Source of the DNA: Eledone cirrhosa
Lineage: Eukaryota
Direction: 5' to 3'
Assembly: GCA_964016885.1 (NCBI GenBank)
Contig: OZ024758.1
Coordinates: 37,014,001-37,078,000, forward strand
Length of the DNA stretch: 64,000 bases
Shown here piece after piece: positions 13,461 through 27,200 of this stretch (its first letter is position 1; every line of letters begins with the position of its first letter). The notes under the pieces are model-generated. The model saw only the letters and a list, made by a program, of their open reading frames with translations, made no database searches and was not told the origin of the DNA. The position numbers were made by a program, and so were the translations under genes.

Positions 13461-16400
13461 GTCATGGTATTAGCTGTCAGAAGGAACTCCACTGTTGGTG
13501 AGAATTCATTTAAGTTCATGGTACTAGCTGTCAGAAGTAACTCTAATGTTGGTGAGAATTCATTTAAGTTCATGGTATTAGCTGTCACAAGGAACTCCAC
13601 TGTTGGTGAGAATTCCTTTAAGTCATGGTATTAGCTGTCAGAAGTAAATCCAATGTTGGTGAGAATTCATTTAAGTTCATGGTATTAGCTGTCAGAAGTA
13701 ACTCCACTGTTGGTGAGAATTCATTTAAGTTCATGGTATTAGCTGTCAGAAGGAACTCCAATGTTGGTGAGAATTCATTTAAGTCATGGTACTAGCTGTC
13801 AGAAGTAACTCTAATGTTGGTGAGAATTCATTTAAGTTCATGGTATTAGCTGTCAGAAGGAACGCCACTGTTGGTGAGAATTCATCTAAGTTCATGGTAT
13901 TAGCTGTCAGAAGTAACACCACTGTTGGTGAGAATTCATTTAAGTTCATGGTACTAGCTGTCAGAAGTAACTCCAATGTTGGTGAGAATTCATTTAAGTT
14001 CATGGTATTAGCTGTCAGAAGTAACTCCACTGTTGGTGAGAATTCATTTAAGTCTTGGTGTTAGTTGTCAGAAGTAACTCCAATGTTGGTGAGAATTCAT
14101 TTAAGTTCATGGTACTAGCTGTCAGAAGTAACTCCACTGTTGGTGAGAATTCATTTAAGTCCATGGTACTAGCTGTCAGAAGTAACTCCAATGTTGGTGA
14201 GAATTCATTTAAGTTCATGGTATTAGCTGTCAGAAGTAACTCCAATGTTGGTGAGAATTCATTTAAGTTCATGGTATTAGCTGTCAGAAGAAACTCCACT
14301 GTTGGTGAGAATTCATTTAAGTCTTGGTATTAGTTGTCAGAAGTAACTCCAATGTTGGTGAGAATTCATTTAAGGTCATGGTACTAGCTGTCAGAAGTAA
14401 CTCCACTGTTGGTGAGAATTCATTTAAGTTCATGGTACTAGCTGTCAGAAGTAACTCCAATGTTGGTGAGAATACATTTAAGTTCATGGTATTAGCTGTC
14501 AGAAGTAATTCCACTGTTGGTGAGAATTCATTTAAGTTCATGGTACTAGCTGTCAGAAGTAACTCCACTGTTGGTGAGAATTCATTTAAGTTCATGGTAT
14601 TAGCTGTCAGAAGTAACTCCACTGTTGGTGAGAATTCATTTAAGTTCATGGTACTAGCTGTCAGAAGTAACCCCAATGTTGGTGAGAATTCATTTAAGTT
14701 CATGGTATTAGCTGTCAGTAGTCACTCCAATGTTGGTGAGAATTCATTTAAGTTCATGGTATTAGCTGTCAGAAGTCACTCCACTGTTGGTGAGAATTCA
14801 TTTAAGTTCATGGTACTAGCTGTCAGAAGTAACCGCAATGTTGGTGAGAATTCATTTAAGTTCATGGTATTAGCTGTCAGAAGTCACTCCAATGTTGGTG
14901 AGAATTCATTTAAGTTCATGGTATTAGCTGTCAGAAGTAACTCCACTGTTGGTGAGAATTCATTTAAGTTCATGGTATTAGCTGTCAGAAGTCACTCCAC
15001 TGTTGGTGAGAATTCATTTAAGTTCATGGTATTAGCTGTCATAAGTAACTCCACTGTTGGTGAGAATTCATTTAAGTTCATGGTATTAGCTGTCAGAAGG
15101 AACTCCACTGTTGGTGAGAATTCATTTAAGTCTTGGTGTTAGTTGTCAGAAGTAACTCCAATGTTGGTGAGAATTCATTTAAGTTCATGGTACTAGCTGT
15201 CAGAAGTAACTCCACTGTTGGTGAGAATTCATTTAAGTTCATGGTACTAGCTGTCAGAAGTAACTCCAATGTTGGTGAGAATTCATTTAAGTTCATGGTA
15301 TTAGCTGTCAGAAGTAACTCCAATGTTGGTGAGAATTCATTTAAGTTCATGGTATTAGCTGTCAGAAGGAACTCCACTGTTGGTGAGAATTCATTTAAGT
15401 CTTGGTATTAGTTGTCAGAAGTAACTCCAATGTTGGTGAGAATTCATTTAAGTTCATGGTACTAGCTGCCAGAAGTAACTCCACTGTTGGTGAGAATTCA
15501 TTTAAGTTCATGGTACTAGCTGTCAGAAGTAACTCCAATGTTGGTGAGAATTCATTTAAGTTCATGGTATTAGCTGTCAGAAGTAACTCCACTGTTGGTG
15601 AGAATTCATTTAAGTTCATGGTACTAGCTGTCAGAAGTAACTCCACTGTTGGTGAGAATTCATTTAAGTTCATGGTATTAGCTGTCAGAAGTAACTCCAC
15701 TGTTGGTGAGAATTCATTTAAGTTCATGGTATTAGCTGTCAGAAGGAACTCCACTGTTGGTGAGAATTCATTTAAGTCTTGGTGTTAGCTGTCAGAAGTC
15801 ACTCCAATGTTGGTGAGAATTCATTTAAGTTCATGGTATTAGCTGTTAGAAGTCACTCCACTGTTGGTGAGAATTCATTTAAGTTCATGGTACTAGCTGT
15901 CAGAAGTAACCCCAATGTTGGTGAGAATTCATTTAAGTTCATGGTATTAGCTGTCAGAAGTCACTCCAATGTTGGTGAGAATTCATTTAAGTTCATGGTA
16001 TTAGCTGTCAGAAGTAACTCCACTGTTGGTGAGAATTCGTTTAAGTTCATGGTATTAGCTGTCAGAAGCAACTCCACTGTTGGTGAGAATTCATTTAAGT
16101 TCATGGTATTAGCTGTCAGAAGTAACTCCACTGTTGGTGAGAATTCATTTAAGTTCATGGTATTAGCTGTCAGAAGGAACTCCAATGTTGGTGAGAATTC
16201 ATTTAAGTCATGGTACTAGCTGTCAGAAGTAACTCCACTGTTGGTGAGAATTCATTTAAGTTCATGGTATTAGCTGTCAGAAGGAACTCCACTGTTGGTG
16301 AGAATTCATTTAAGTTCATGGTATTAGCTGTCAGAAGTAACTCCACTGTTGGTGAGAATTCATTTAAGTTCATGGTACTAGTTGTCAGAAGTAACTCCAC

Positions 16401-16799
16401 TGTTGGTGAGAATTCATTTAAGTTCATGGTATTAGTTCGTCAGAAGTAACTCCACTGTTGGTGAGAATTCATTTAAGTCATGGTATTAGTTGTCAGAAGT
16501 AACTCCAATGTTGGTGAGAATTCATTTAAGTCATGGTACTAGCTGTCAGAAGTAACTCCAATGTTGGTGAGAATTCATTTAAGTTCATGGTATTAGCTGT
16601 CAGAAGGAACTCCACTGTTGGTGAGAATTCATTTAAGTTCATGGTACTAGCTGTCAGAAGTAACTCTAATGTTGGTGAGAATTCATTTAAGTTCATGGTA
16701 TTAGCTGTCACAAGGAACTCCACTGTTGGTGAGAATTCATTTAAGTCATGGTATTAGCTGTCAGAAGTAAATCCAATGTTGGTGAGAATTCATTTAAGT

Positions 16800-19700
16800 T
16801 CATGGTATTAGCTGTCAGAAGTAACTCCACTGTTGGTGAGAATTCATTTAAGTTCATGGTATTAGCTGTCAGAAGGAACTCCAATGTTGATGAGAATTCA
16901 TTTAAGTCATGGTACTAGCTGTCAGAAGTAACTCCACTGTTGGTGAGAATTCATTTAAGTTCATGGTATTAGCTGTCAGAAGTAACTCCACTGTTGGTGA
17001 GAATTCATTTAAGTTCATGGTACTAGCTGTCAGAAGTAACTCCACTGTTGGTGAGAATTCATTTAAGTTCATGGTACTAGCTGTCAGAAGTAACTCCAAT
17101 GTTGGTGAGAATTCATTTAAGTTCATGGTATTAGCTGTCAGAAGTAACTCCAATGTTGGTGAGAATTCATTTAAGTTCATGGTATTAGCTGTCAGAAGGA
17201 ACTCCACTGTTGGTGAGAATTCATTTAAGTCTTGGTATTAGTTGTCAGAAGTAACTCCAATGTTGGTGAGAATTCATTTAAGTTCATGGTACTAGCTGTC
17301 AGAAGTAACTCCACTGTTGGTGAGAATTCATTTAAGTTCATGGTACTAGCTGTCAGAAGTAACTCCAATGTTGGTGAGAATTCATTTAAGTTCATTGTAT
17401 TAGCTGTCAGAAGTAACTCCACTGTTGGTGAGAATTCATTTAAGTTCATGTTACTAGCTGTCAGAAGTAACTCCACTGTTGGTGAGAATTCATTTAAGTT
17501 CATGGTATTAGCTGTCAGAAGTAACTCCACTGTTGGTGAGAATTCATTTAAGTTCATGGTACTAGCTGTCAGAAGTAACCCCAATGTTGGTGAGAATTCA
17601 TTTAAGTTCATGGTATTAGCTGTCAGAAGTCACTCCAATGTTGGTGAGAATTCATTTAAGTTCATGGTATTAGCTGTCAGAAGTCACTCCACTGTTGGTG
17701 AGAATTCATTTAAGTTCATGGTACTAGCTGTCAGAAGTAACCCCAATGTTGGTGAGAATTCATTTAAGTTCATGGTATTAGCTGTCAGAAGTCACTCCAA
17801 TGTTGGTGAGAATTCATTTAAGTTCATGGTATTAGCTGTCAGAAGTAACTCCACTGTTGGTGAGAATTCATTTAAGTTCATGGTATTAGCTGTCAGAAGT
17901 AACTCCACTGTTGGTGAGAATTCATTTAAGTTCATGGTATTAGCTGTCAGAAGTAACTCCACTGTTGGTGAGAATTCATTTAAGTTCATGGTATTAGCTG
18001 TCAGAAGGTACTCCACTGTTGGTGAGAATTCATTTAAGTCTTGGTGTTAGTTGTCAGAAGTAACTCCAATGTTGGTGAGAATTCATTTAAGTTCATGGTA
18101 CTAGCTGTCAGAAGTAACTCCACTGTTGGTGAGAATTCATTTAAGTTCATGGTACTAGCTGTCAGAAGTAACTCCAATGTTGGTGAGAATTCATTTAAGT
18201 TCATGGTATTAGCTGTCAGAAGTAACTCCACTGTTGGTGAGAATTCATTTAAGTTCATGGTACTAGCTGTCAGAAGTAACTACACTGTGGTTGAGAATTC
18301 ATTTAAGTTCATGGTATTAGCTGTCAGAAGTAACTCCACTGTTGGTGAGAATTCATTTAAGTTCATGGTACTAGCTGTCAGAAGTAACCCCAATGTTGGT
18401 GAGAATTCATTTAAGTCATGGTATTAGCTGTCAGAAGTCACTCCAATGTTGGTGAGAATTCATTTAAGTTCATGGTATTAGCTGTCAGAAGTCACTCCAC
18501 TGTTGGTGAGAATTCATTTAAGTTCATGGTACTAGCTGTCAGAAGTAACCCCAATGTTGGTGAGAATTCATTTAAGTTCATGGTACTAGCTGTCAGAAGT
18601 AACCCCAATGTTGGTGAGAATTCATTTAAGTTCATGGTACTAGCTGTCAGAAGTAACTCCACTGTTGGTGAGAATTCATTTAAGTTCATGGTATTAGCTG
18701 TCAGAAGGAACGCCACTGTTGGTGAGAATTCATTTAAGTTCATGGTATTAGCTATCAGAAGTAACTCCACTGTTGGTGAGAATTCATTTAAGTTCATGGT
18801 ACTAGCTATCAGAAGTAACTCCAATGTTGGTGAGAATTCATTTAAGTTCATGGTATTAGCTGTCAGAAGGAACTCCACTGTTGGTGAGAATTCATTTAAG
18901 TCTTGGTATTAGTTGTCAGAAGTAACTCCAATGTTGGTGAGAATTCATTTAAGTTCATGGTACTAGCTGTCAGAAGTAACTCCACTGTTGGTGAGAATTC
19001 ATTTAAGTTCATGGTATTAGCTGTCAGAAGTAACTCCACTGTTGGTGAGAATTCATTTAAGTTCATGGTATTAGCTGTCAGAAGGAACTCCAATGTTGAT
19101 GAGAATTCATTTAAGTCATGGTACTAGCTGTCAGAAGTAACTCCACTGTTGGTGAGAATTCATTTAAGTTCATGGTATTAGCTGTCAGAAGTAACTCCAC
19201 TGTTGGTGAGAATTCATTTAAGTTCATGGTACTAGCTGTCAGAAGTAACTCCACTGTTGGTGAGAATTCATTTAAGTTCATGGTACTAGCTGTCAGAAGT
19301 AACTCCAATGTTGGTGAGAATTCATTTAAGTTCATGGTATTAGCTGTCAGAAGTAACTCCAATGTTGGTGAGAATTCATTTAAGTTCATGGTATTAGCTG
19401 TCAGAAGGAACTCCACTGTTGGTGAGAATTCATTTAAGTCTTGGTATTAGTTGTCAGAAGTAACTCCAATGTTGGTGAGAATTCATTTAAGTTCATGGTA
19501 CTAGCTGTCAGAAGTAACTCCACTGTTGGTGAGAATTCATTTAAGTTCATGGTACTAGCTGTCAGAAGTAACTCCAATGTTGGTGAGAATTCATTTAAGT
19601 TCATTGTATTAGCTGTCAGAAGTAACTCCACTGTTGGTGAGAATTCATTTAAGTTCATGTTACTAGCTGTCAGAAGTAACTCCACTGTTGGTGAGAATTC

Positions 19701-21220
19701 ATTTAAGTTCATGGTATTAGCTGTCAGAAGTAACTCCACTGTTGGTGAGAATTCATTTAAGTTCATGGTACTAGCTGTCAGAAGTAACCCCAATGTTGGT
19801 GAGAATTCATTTAAGTTCATGGTATTAGCTGTCAGAAGTCACTCCAATGTTGGTGAGAATTCATTTAAGTTCATGGTATTAGCTGTCAGAAGTCACTCCA
19901 CTGTTGGTGAGAATTCATTTAAGTTCATGGTACTAGCTGTCAGAAGTAACCCCAATGTTGGTGAGAATTCATTTAAGTTCATGGTATTAGCTGTCAGAAG
20001 TCACTCCAATGTTGGTGAGAATTCATTTAAGTTCATGGTATTAGCTGTCAGAAGTAACTCCACTGTTGGTGAGAATTCATTTAAGTTCATGGTATTAGCT
20101 GTCAGAAGTAACTCCACTGTTGGTGAGAATTCATTTAAGTTCATGGTATTAGCTGTCAGAAGTAACTCCACTGTTGGTGAGAATTCATTTAAGTTCATGG
20201 TATTAGCTGTCAGAAGGTACTCCACTGTTGGTGAGAATTCATTTAAGTCTTGGTGTTAGTTGTCAGAAGTAACTCCAATGTTGGTGAGAATTCATTTAAG
20301 TTCATGGTACTAGCTGTCAGAAGTAACTCCACTGTTGGTGAGAATTCATTTAAGTTCATGGTACTAGCTGTCAGAAGTAACTCCAATGTTGGTGAGAATT
20401 CATTTAAGTTCATGGTATTAGCTGTCAGAAGTAACTCCACTGTTGGTGAGAATTCATTTAAGTTCATGGTACTAGCTGTCAGAAGTAACTACACTGTGGT
20501 TGAGAATTCATTTAAGTTCATGGTATTAGCTGTCAGAAGTAACTCCACTGTTGGTGAGAATTCATTTAAGTTCATGGTACTAGCTGTCAGAAGTAACCCC
20601 AATGTTGGTGAGAATTCATTTAAGTCATGGTATTAGCTGTCAGAAGTCACTCCAATGTTGGTGAGAATTCATTTAAGTTCATGGTATTAGCTGTCAGAAG
20701 TCACTCCACTGTTGGTGAGAATTCATTTAAGTTCATGGTACTAGCTGTCAGAAGTAACCCCAATGTTGGTGAGAATTCATTTAAGTTCATGGTACTAGCT
20801 GTCAGAAGTAACCCCAATGTTGGTGAGAATTCATTTAAGTTCATGGTACTAGCTGTCAGAAGTAACTCCACTGTTGGTGAGAATTCATTTAAGTTCATGG
20901 TATTAGCTGTCAGAAGGAACGCCACTGTTGGTGAGAATTCATTTAAGTTCATGGTATTAGCTATCAGAAGTAACTCCACTGTTGGTGAGAATTCATTTAA
21001 GTTCATGGTACTAGCTATCAGAAGTAACTCCAATGTTGGTGAGAATTCATTTAAGTTCATGGTATTAGCTGTCAGAAGGAACTCCACTGTTGGTGAGAAT
21101 TCATTTAAGTCTTGGTATTAGTTGTCAGAAGTAACTCCAATGTTGGTGAGAATTCATTTAAGTTCATGGTACTAGCTGTCAGAAGTAACTCCACTGTTGG
21201 TGAGAATTCATTTAAGTTCA
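16800..21220. repeat. 2209-bp (41-monomer) tandem duplication, ~16800-19010 and ~19010-21220
   Basis: ORF pairs 16909/19118, 17232/19441, 18041/20250 and 18418/20627 have identical translations at offset 2209. Markers: GTTGATGAG (16890/19099), AGGTAC (18009/20218), TACACTGTGGTT (18281/20490). Confidence 0.93.
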
Positions 21221-24200
21221 TGGTACTAGCTGTCAGAAGTAACTCCAATGTTGGTGAGAATTCATTTAAGTTCATGGTATTAGCTGTCAGAAGTAACTCC
21301 ACTGTTGGTGAGAATTCATTTAAGTTCATGGTACTAGCTGTCAGAAGTAACTCCACTGTTGGTGAGAATTCATTTAAGTTCATGGTATTAGCTGTCAGAA
21401 GTAACTCCACTGTTGGTGAGAATTCATTTAAGTTCATGGTACTAGCTGTCAGAAGTAACCCCAATGTTGGTGAGAATTCATTTAAGTTCATGGTATTAGC
21501 TGTCAGAAGTCACTCCAATGTTGGTGAGAATTCATTTAAGTTCATGGTATTAGCTGTTAGAAGTCACTCCACTGTTGGTGAGAATTCATTTAAGTTCATG
21601 GTACTAGCTGTCAGAAGTAACCCCAATGTTGGTGAGAATTCATTTAAGTTCATGGTATTAGCTGTCAGAAGTCACTCCAATGTTGGTGAGAATTCATTTA
21701 AGTTCATGGTACTAGCTGTCAGAAGTAACTCCACTGTTGGTGAGAATTCATTTAAGTTCATGGTACTAGCTGTCAGAAGTAACTCCACTGTTGGTGAGAA
21801 TTCATTTAAGTTCATGGTATTAGCTGTCAGAAGGAACTCCAATGTTGGTGAGAATTCATTTAAGTCATGGTACTAGCTGTCAGAAGTAACTCCACTGTTG
21901 GTGAGAATTCATTTAAGTTCATGGTATTAGCTGTCAGAAGGAACGCCACTGTTGGTGAGAATTCATTTAAGTTCATGGTATTAGCTGTCAGAAGTAACTC
22001 CACTGTTGGTGAGAATTCATTTAAGTTCATGGTACTAGCTGTCAGAAGTAACTCCAATGTTGGTGAGAATTCATTTAAGTTCATGGTATTAGCTGTCAGA
22101 AGGAACTCCACTGTTGGTGAGAATTCATTTAAGTTCATGGTATTAGCTGTCAGAAGTAACTCCACTGTTGGTGAGAATTCATTTAAGTTCATGGTACTAG
22201 TTGTCAGAAGTAACTCCACTGTTGGTGAGAATTCATTTAAGTTCATGGTATTAGTTCGTCAGAAGTAACTCCACTGTTGGTGAGAATTCATTTAAGTCAT
22301 GGTATTAGTTGTCAGAAGTAACTCCAATGTTGGTGAGAATTCATTTAAGTCATGGTACTAGCTGTCAGAAGTAACTCCAATGTTGGTGAGAATTCATTTA
22401 AGTTCATGGTATTAGCTGTCAGAAGGAACTCCACTGTTGGTGAGAATTCATTTAAGTTCATGGTACTAGCTGTCAGAAGTAACTCTAATGTTGGTGAGAA
22501 TTCATTTAAGTTCATGGTATTAGCTGTCAGAAGTAACTCCACTGTTGGTGAGAATTCATTTAAGTTCATGGTATTAGCTGTCAGAAGGAACGCCACTGTT
22601 GGTGAGAATTCATCTAAGTTCATGGTATTAGCTGTCAGAAGTAACACCACTGTTGGTGAGAATTCATTTAAGTTCATGGTACTAGCTGTCAGAAGTAACT
22701 CCAATGTTGGTGAGAATTCATTTAAGTTCATGGTATTAGCTGTCAGAAGTAACTCCAATGTTGGTGAGAATTCATTTAAGTCTTGGTGTTAGTTGTCAGA
22801 AGTAACTCCAATGTTGGTGAGAATTCATTTAAGTTCATGGTACTAGCTGTCAGAAGTAACCCCAATGTTGGTGAGAATTCATTTAAGTTCATGGTATTAG
22901 CTGTCAGAAGTCACTCCAATGTTGGTGAGAATTCATTTAAGTTCATGGTATTAGCTGTTAGAAGTCACTCCACTGTTGGTGAGAATTCATTTAAGTTCAT
23001 GGTACTAGCTGTCAGAAGTAACCCCAATGTTGGTGAGAATTCATTTAAGTTCATGGTATTAGCTGTCAGAAGTCACTCCAATGTTGGTGAGAATTCATTT
23101 AAGTTCATGGTATTAGCTGTCAGAAGTAACTCCACTGTTGGTGAGAATTCGTTTAAGTTCATGGTATTAGCTGTCAGAAGCAACTCCACTGTTGGTGAGA
23201 ATTCATTTAAGTTCATGGTATTAGCTGTCAGAAGTAACTCCACTGTTGGTGAGAATTCATTTAAGTTCATGGTATTAGCTGTCAGAAGGAACTCCAATGT
23301 TGGTGAGAATTCATTTAAGTCATGGTACTAGCTGTCAGAAGTAACTCCACTGTTGGTGAGAATTCATTTAAGTTCATGGTATTAGCTGTCAGAAGGAACG
23401 CCACTGTTGGTGAGAATTCATTTAAGTTCATGGTATTAGCTGTCAGAAGTAACTCCACTGTTGGTGAGAATTCATTTAAGTTCATGGTACTAGCTGTCAG
23501 AAGTAACTCCAATGTTGGTGAGAATTCATTTAAGTTCATGGTATTAGCTGTCAGAAGGAACTCCACTGTTGGTGAGAATTCATTTAAGATCATGGTATTA
23601 GCTGTCAGAAGTAACTCCACTGTTGGTGAGAATTCATTTAAGTTCATGGTACTAGTTGTCAGAAGTAACTCCACTGTTGGTGAGAATTCATTTAAGTTCA
23701 TGGTATTAGTTCGTCAGAAGTAACTCCACTGTTGGTGAGAATTCATTTAAGTCATGGTATTAGTTGTCAGAAGTAACTCCAATGTTGGTGAGAATTCATT
23801 TAAGTCATGGTACTAGCTGTCAGAAGTAACTCCAATGTTGGTGAGAATTCATTTAAGTTCATGGTATTAGCTGTCAGAAGGAACTCCACTGTTGGTGAGA
23901 ATTCATTTAAGTTCATGGTACTAGCTGTCAGAAGTAACTCTAATGTTGGTGAGAATTCATTTAAGTTCATGGTATTAGCTGTCACAAGGAACTCCACTGT
24001 TGGTGAGAATTCCTTTAAGTCATGGTATTAGCTGTCAGAAGTAAATCCAATGTTGGTGAGAATTCATTTAAGTTCATGGTATTAGCTGTCAGAAGTAACT
24101 CCACTGTTGGTGAGAATTCATTTAAGTTCATGGTACTAGCTGTCAGAAGTAACTCCAATGTTGGTGAGAATTCATTTAAGTTCATGGTATTAGCTGTCAG

Positions 24201-27200
24201 AAGGAACTCCACTGTTGGTGAGAATTCATTTAAGTTCATGGTATTAGCTGTCAGAAGTAACTCCACTGTTGGTGAGAATTCATTTAAGTTCATGGTACTA
24301 GTTGTCAGAAGTAACTCCACTGTTGGTGAGAATTCATTTAAGTTCATGGTATTAGTTCGTCAGAAGTAACTCCACTGTTGGTGAGAATTCATTTAAGTCA
24401 TGGTATTAGTTGTCAGAAGTAACTCCAATGTTGGTGAGAATTCATTTAAGTCATGGTACTAGCTGTCAGAAGTAACTCCAATGTTGGTGAGAATTCATTT
24501 AAGTTCATGGTATTAGCTGTCAGAAGGAACTCCACTGTTGGTGAGAATTCATTTAAGTTCATGGTACTAGCTGTCAGAAGTAACTCTAATGTTGGTGAGA
24601 ATTCATTTAAGTTCATGGTATTAGCTGTCAGAAGTAACTCCACTGTTGGTGAGAATTCATTTAAGTTCATGGTATTAGCTGTCAGAAGGAACGCCACTGT
24701 TGGTGAGAATTCATCTAAGTTCATGGTATTAGCTGTCAGAAGTAACACCACTGTTGGTGAGAATTCATTTAAGTTCATGGTACTAGCTGTCAGAAGTAAC
24801 TCCAATGTTGGTGAGAATTCATTTAAGTTCATGGTATTAGCTGTCAGAAGTAACTCCACTGTTGGTGAGAATTCATTTAAGTCTTGGTGTTAGTTGTCAG
24901 AAGTAACTCCAATGTTGGTGAGAATTCATTTAAGTTCATGGTACTAGCTGTCAGAAGTAACCCCAATGTTGGTGAGAATTCATTTAAGTTCATGGTATTA
25001 GCTGTCAGAAGTCACTCCAATGTTGGTGAGAATTCATTTAAGTTCATGGTATTAGCTGTTAGAAGTCACTCCACTGTTGGTGAGAATTCATTTAAGTTCA
25101 TGGTACTAGCTGTCAGAAGTAACCCCAATGTTGGTGAGAATTCATTTAAGTTCATGGTATTAGCTGTCAGAAGTCACTCCAATGTTGGTGAGAATTCATT
25201 TAAGTTCATGGTATTAGCTGTCAGAAGTAACTCCACTGTTTGTGAGAATTCGTTTAAGTTCATGGTATTAGCTGTCAGAAGCAACTCCACTGTTGGTGAG
25301 AATTCATTTAAGTTCATGGTATTAGCTGTCAGAAGTAACTCCACTGTTGGTGAGAATTCATTTAAGTTCATGGTATTAGCTGTCAGAAGGAACTCCAATG
25401 TTGGTGAGAATTCATTTAAGTCATGGTACTAGCTGTCAGAAGTAACTCCACTGTTGGTGAGAATTCATTTAAGTTCATGGTATTAGCTGTCAGAAGGAAC
25501 GCCACTGTTGGTGAGAATTCATTTAAGTTCATGGTATTAGCTGTCAGAAGTAACTCCACTGTTGGTGAGAATTCATTTAAGTTCATGGTACTAGCTGTCA
25601 GAAGTAACTCCAATGTTGGTGAGAATTCATTTAAGTTCATGGTATTAGCTGTCAGAAGGAACTCCACTGTTGGTGAGAATTCATTTAAGATCATGGTATT
25701 AGCTGTCAGAAGTAACTCCACTGTTGGTGAGAATTCATTTAAGTTCATGGTACTAGTTGTCAGAAGTAACTCCACTGTTGGTGAGAATTCATTTAAGTTC
25801 ATGGTATTAGTTCGTCAGAAGTAACTCCACTGTTGGTGAGAATTCATTTAAGTCATGGTATTAGTTGTCAGAAGTAACTCCAATGTTGGTGAGAATTCAT
25901 TTAAGTCATGGTACTAGCTGTCAGAAGTAACTCCAATGTTGGTGAGAATTCATTTAAGTTCATGGTATTAGCTGTCAGAAGGAACTCCACTGTTGGTGAG
26001 AATTCATTTAAGTTCATGGTACTAGCTGTCAGAAGTAACTCTAATGTTGGTGAGAATTCATTTAAGTTCATGGTATTAGCTGTCACAAGGAACTCCACTG
26101 TTGGTGAGAATTCCTTTAAGTCATGGTATTAGCTGTCAGAAGTAAATCCAATGTTGGTGAGAATTCATTTAAGTTCATGGTATTAGCTGTCAGAAGGAAC
26201 TCCAATGTTGGTGAGAATTCATTTAAGTCATGGTACTAGCTGTCAGAAGTAACTCTAATGTTGGTGAGAATTCATTTAAGTTCATGGTATTAGCTGTCAG
26301 AAGGAACGCCACTGTTGGTGAGAATTCATCTAAGTTCATGGTATTAGCTGTCAGAAGTAACACCACTGTTGGTGAGAATTCATTTAAGTTCATGGTACTA
26401 GCTGTCAGAAGTAACTCCAATGTTGGTGAGAATTCATTTAAGTTCATGGTATTAGCTGTCAGAAGTAACTCCACTGTTGGTGAGAATTCATTTAAGTCTT
26501 GGTGTTAGTTGTCAGAAGTAACTCCAATGTTGGTGAGAATTCATTTAAGTTCATGGTACTAGCTGTCAGAAGTAACTCCACTGTTGGTGAGAATTCATTT
26601 AAGTCCATGGTACTAGCTGTCAGAAGTAACTCCAATGTTGGTGAGAATTCATTTAAGTTCATGGTATTAGCTGTCAGAAGTAACTCCAATGTTGGTGAGA
26701 ATTCATTTAAGTTCATGGTATTAGCTGTCAGAAGAAACTCCACTGTTGGTGAGAATTCATTTAAGTCTTGGTATTAGTTGTCAGAAGTAACTCCAATGTT
26801 GGTGAGAATTCATTTAAGGTCATGGTACTAGCTGTCAGAAGTAACTCCACTGTTGGTGAGAATTCATTTAAGTTCATGGTACTAGCTGTCAGAAGTAACT
26901 CCAATGTTGGTGAGAATACATTTAAGTTCATGGTATTAGCTGTCAGAAGTAACTCCACTGTTGGTGAGAATTCATTTAAGTTCATGGTACTAGCTGTCAG
27001 AAGTAACTCCACTGTTGGTGAGAATTCATTTAAGTTCATGGTATTAGCTGTCAGAAGTAACTCCACTGTTGGTGAGAATTCATTTAAGTTCATGGTACTA
27101 GCTGTCAGAAGTAACCCCAATGTTGGTGAGAATTCATTTAAGTTCATGGTATTAGCTGTCAGTAGTCACTCCAATGTTGGTGAGAATTCATTTAAGTTCA

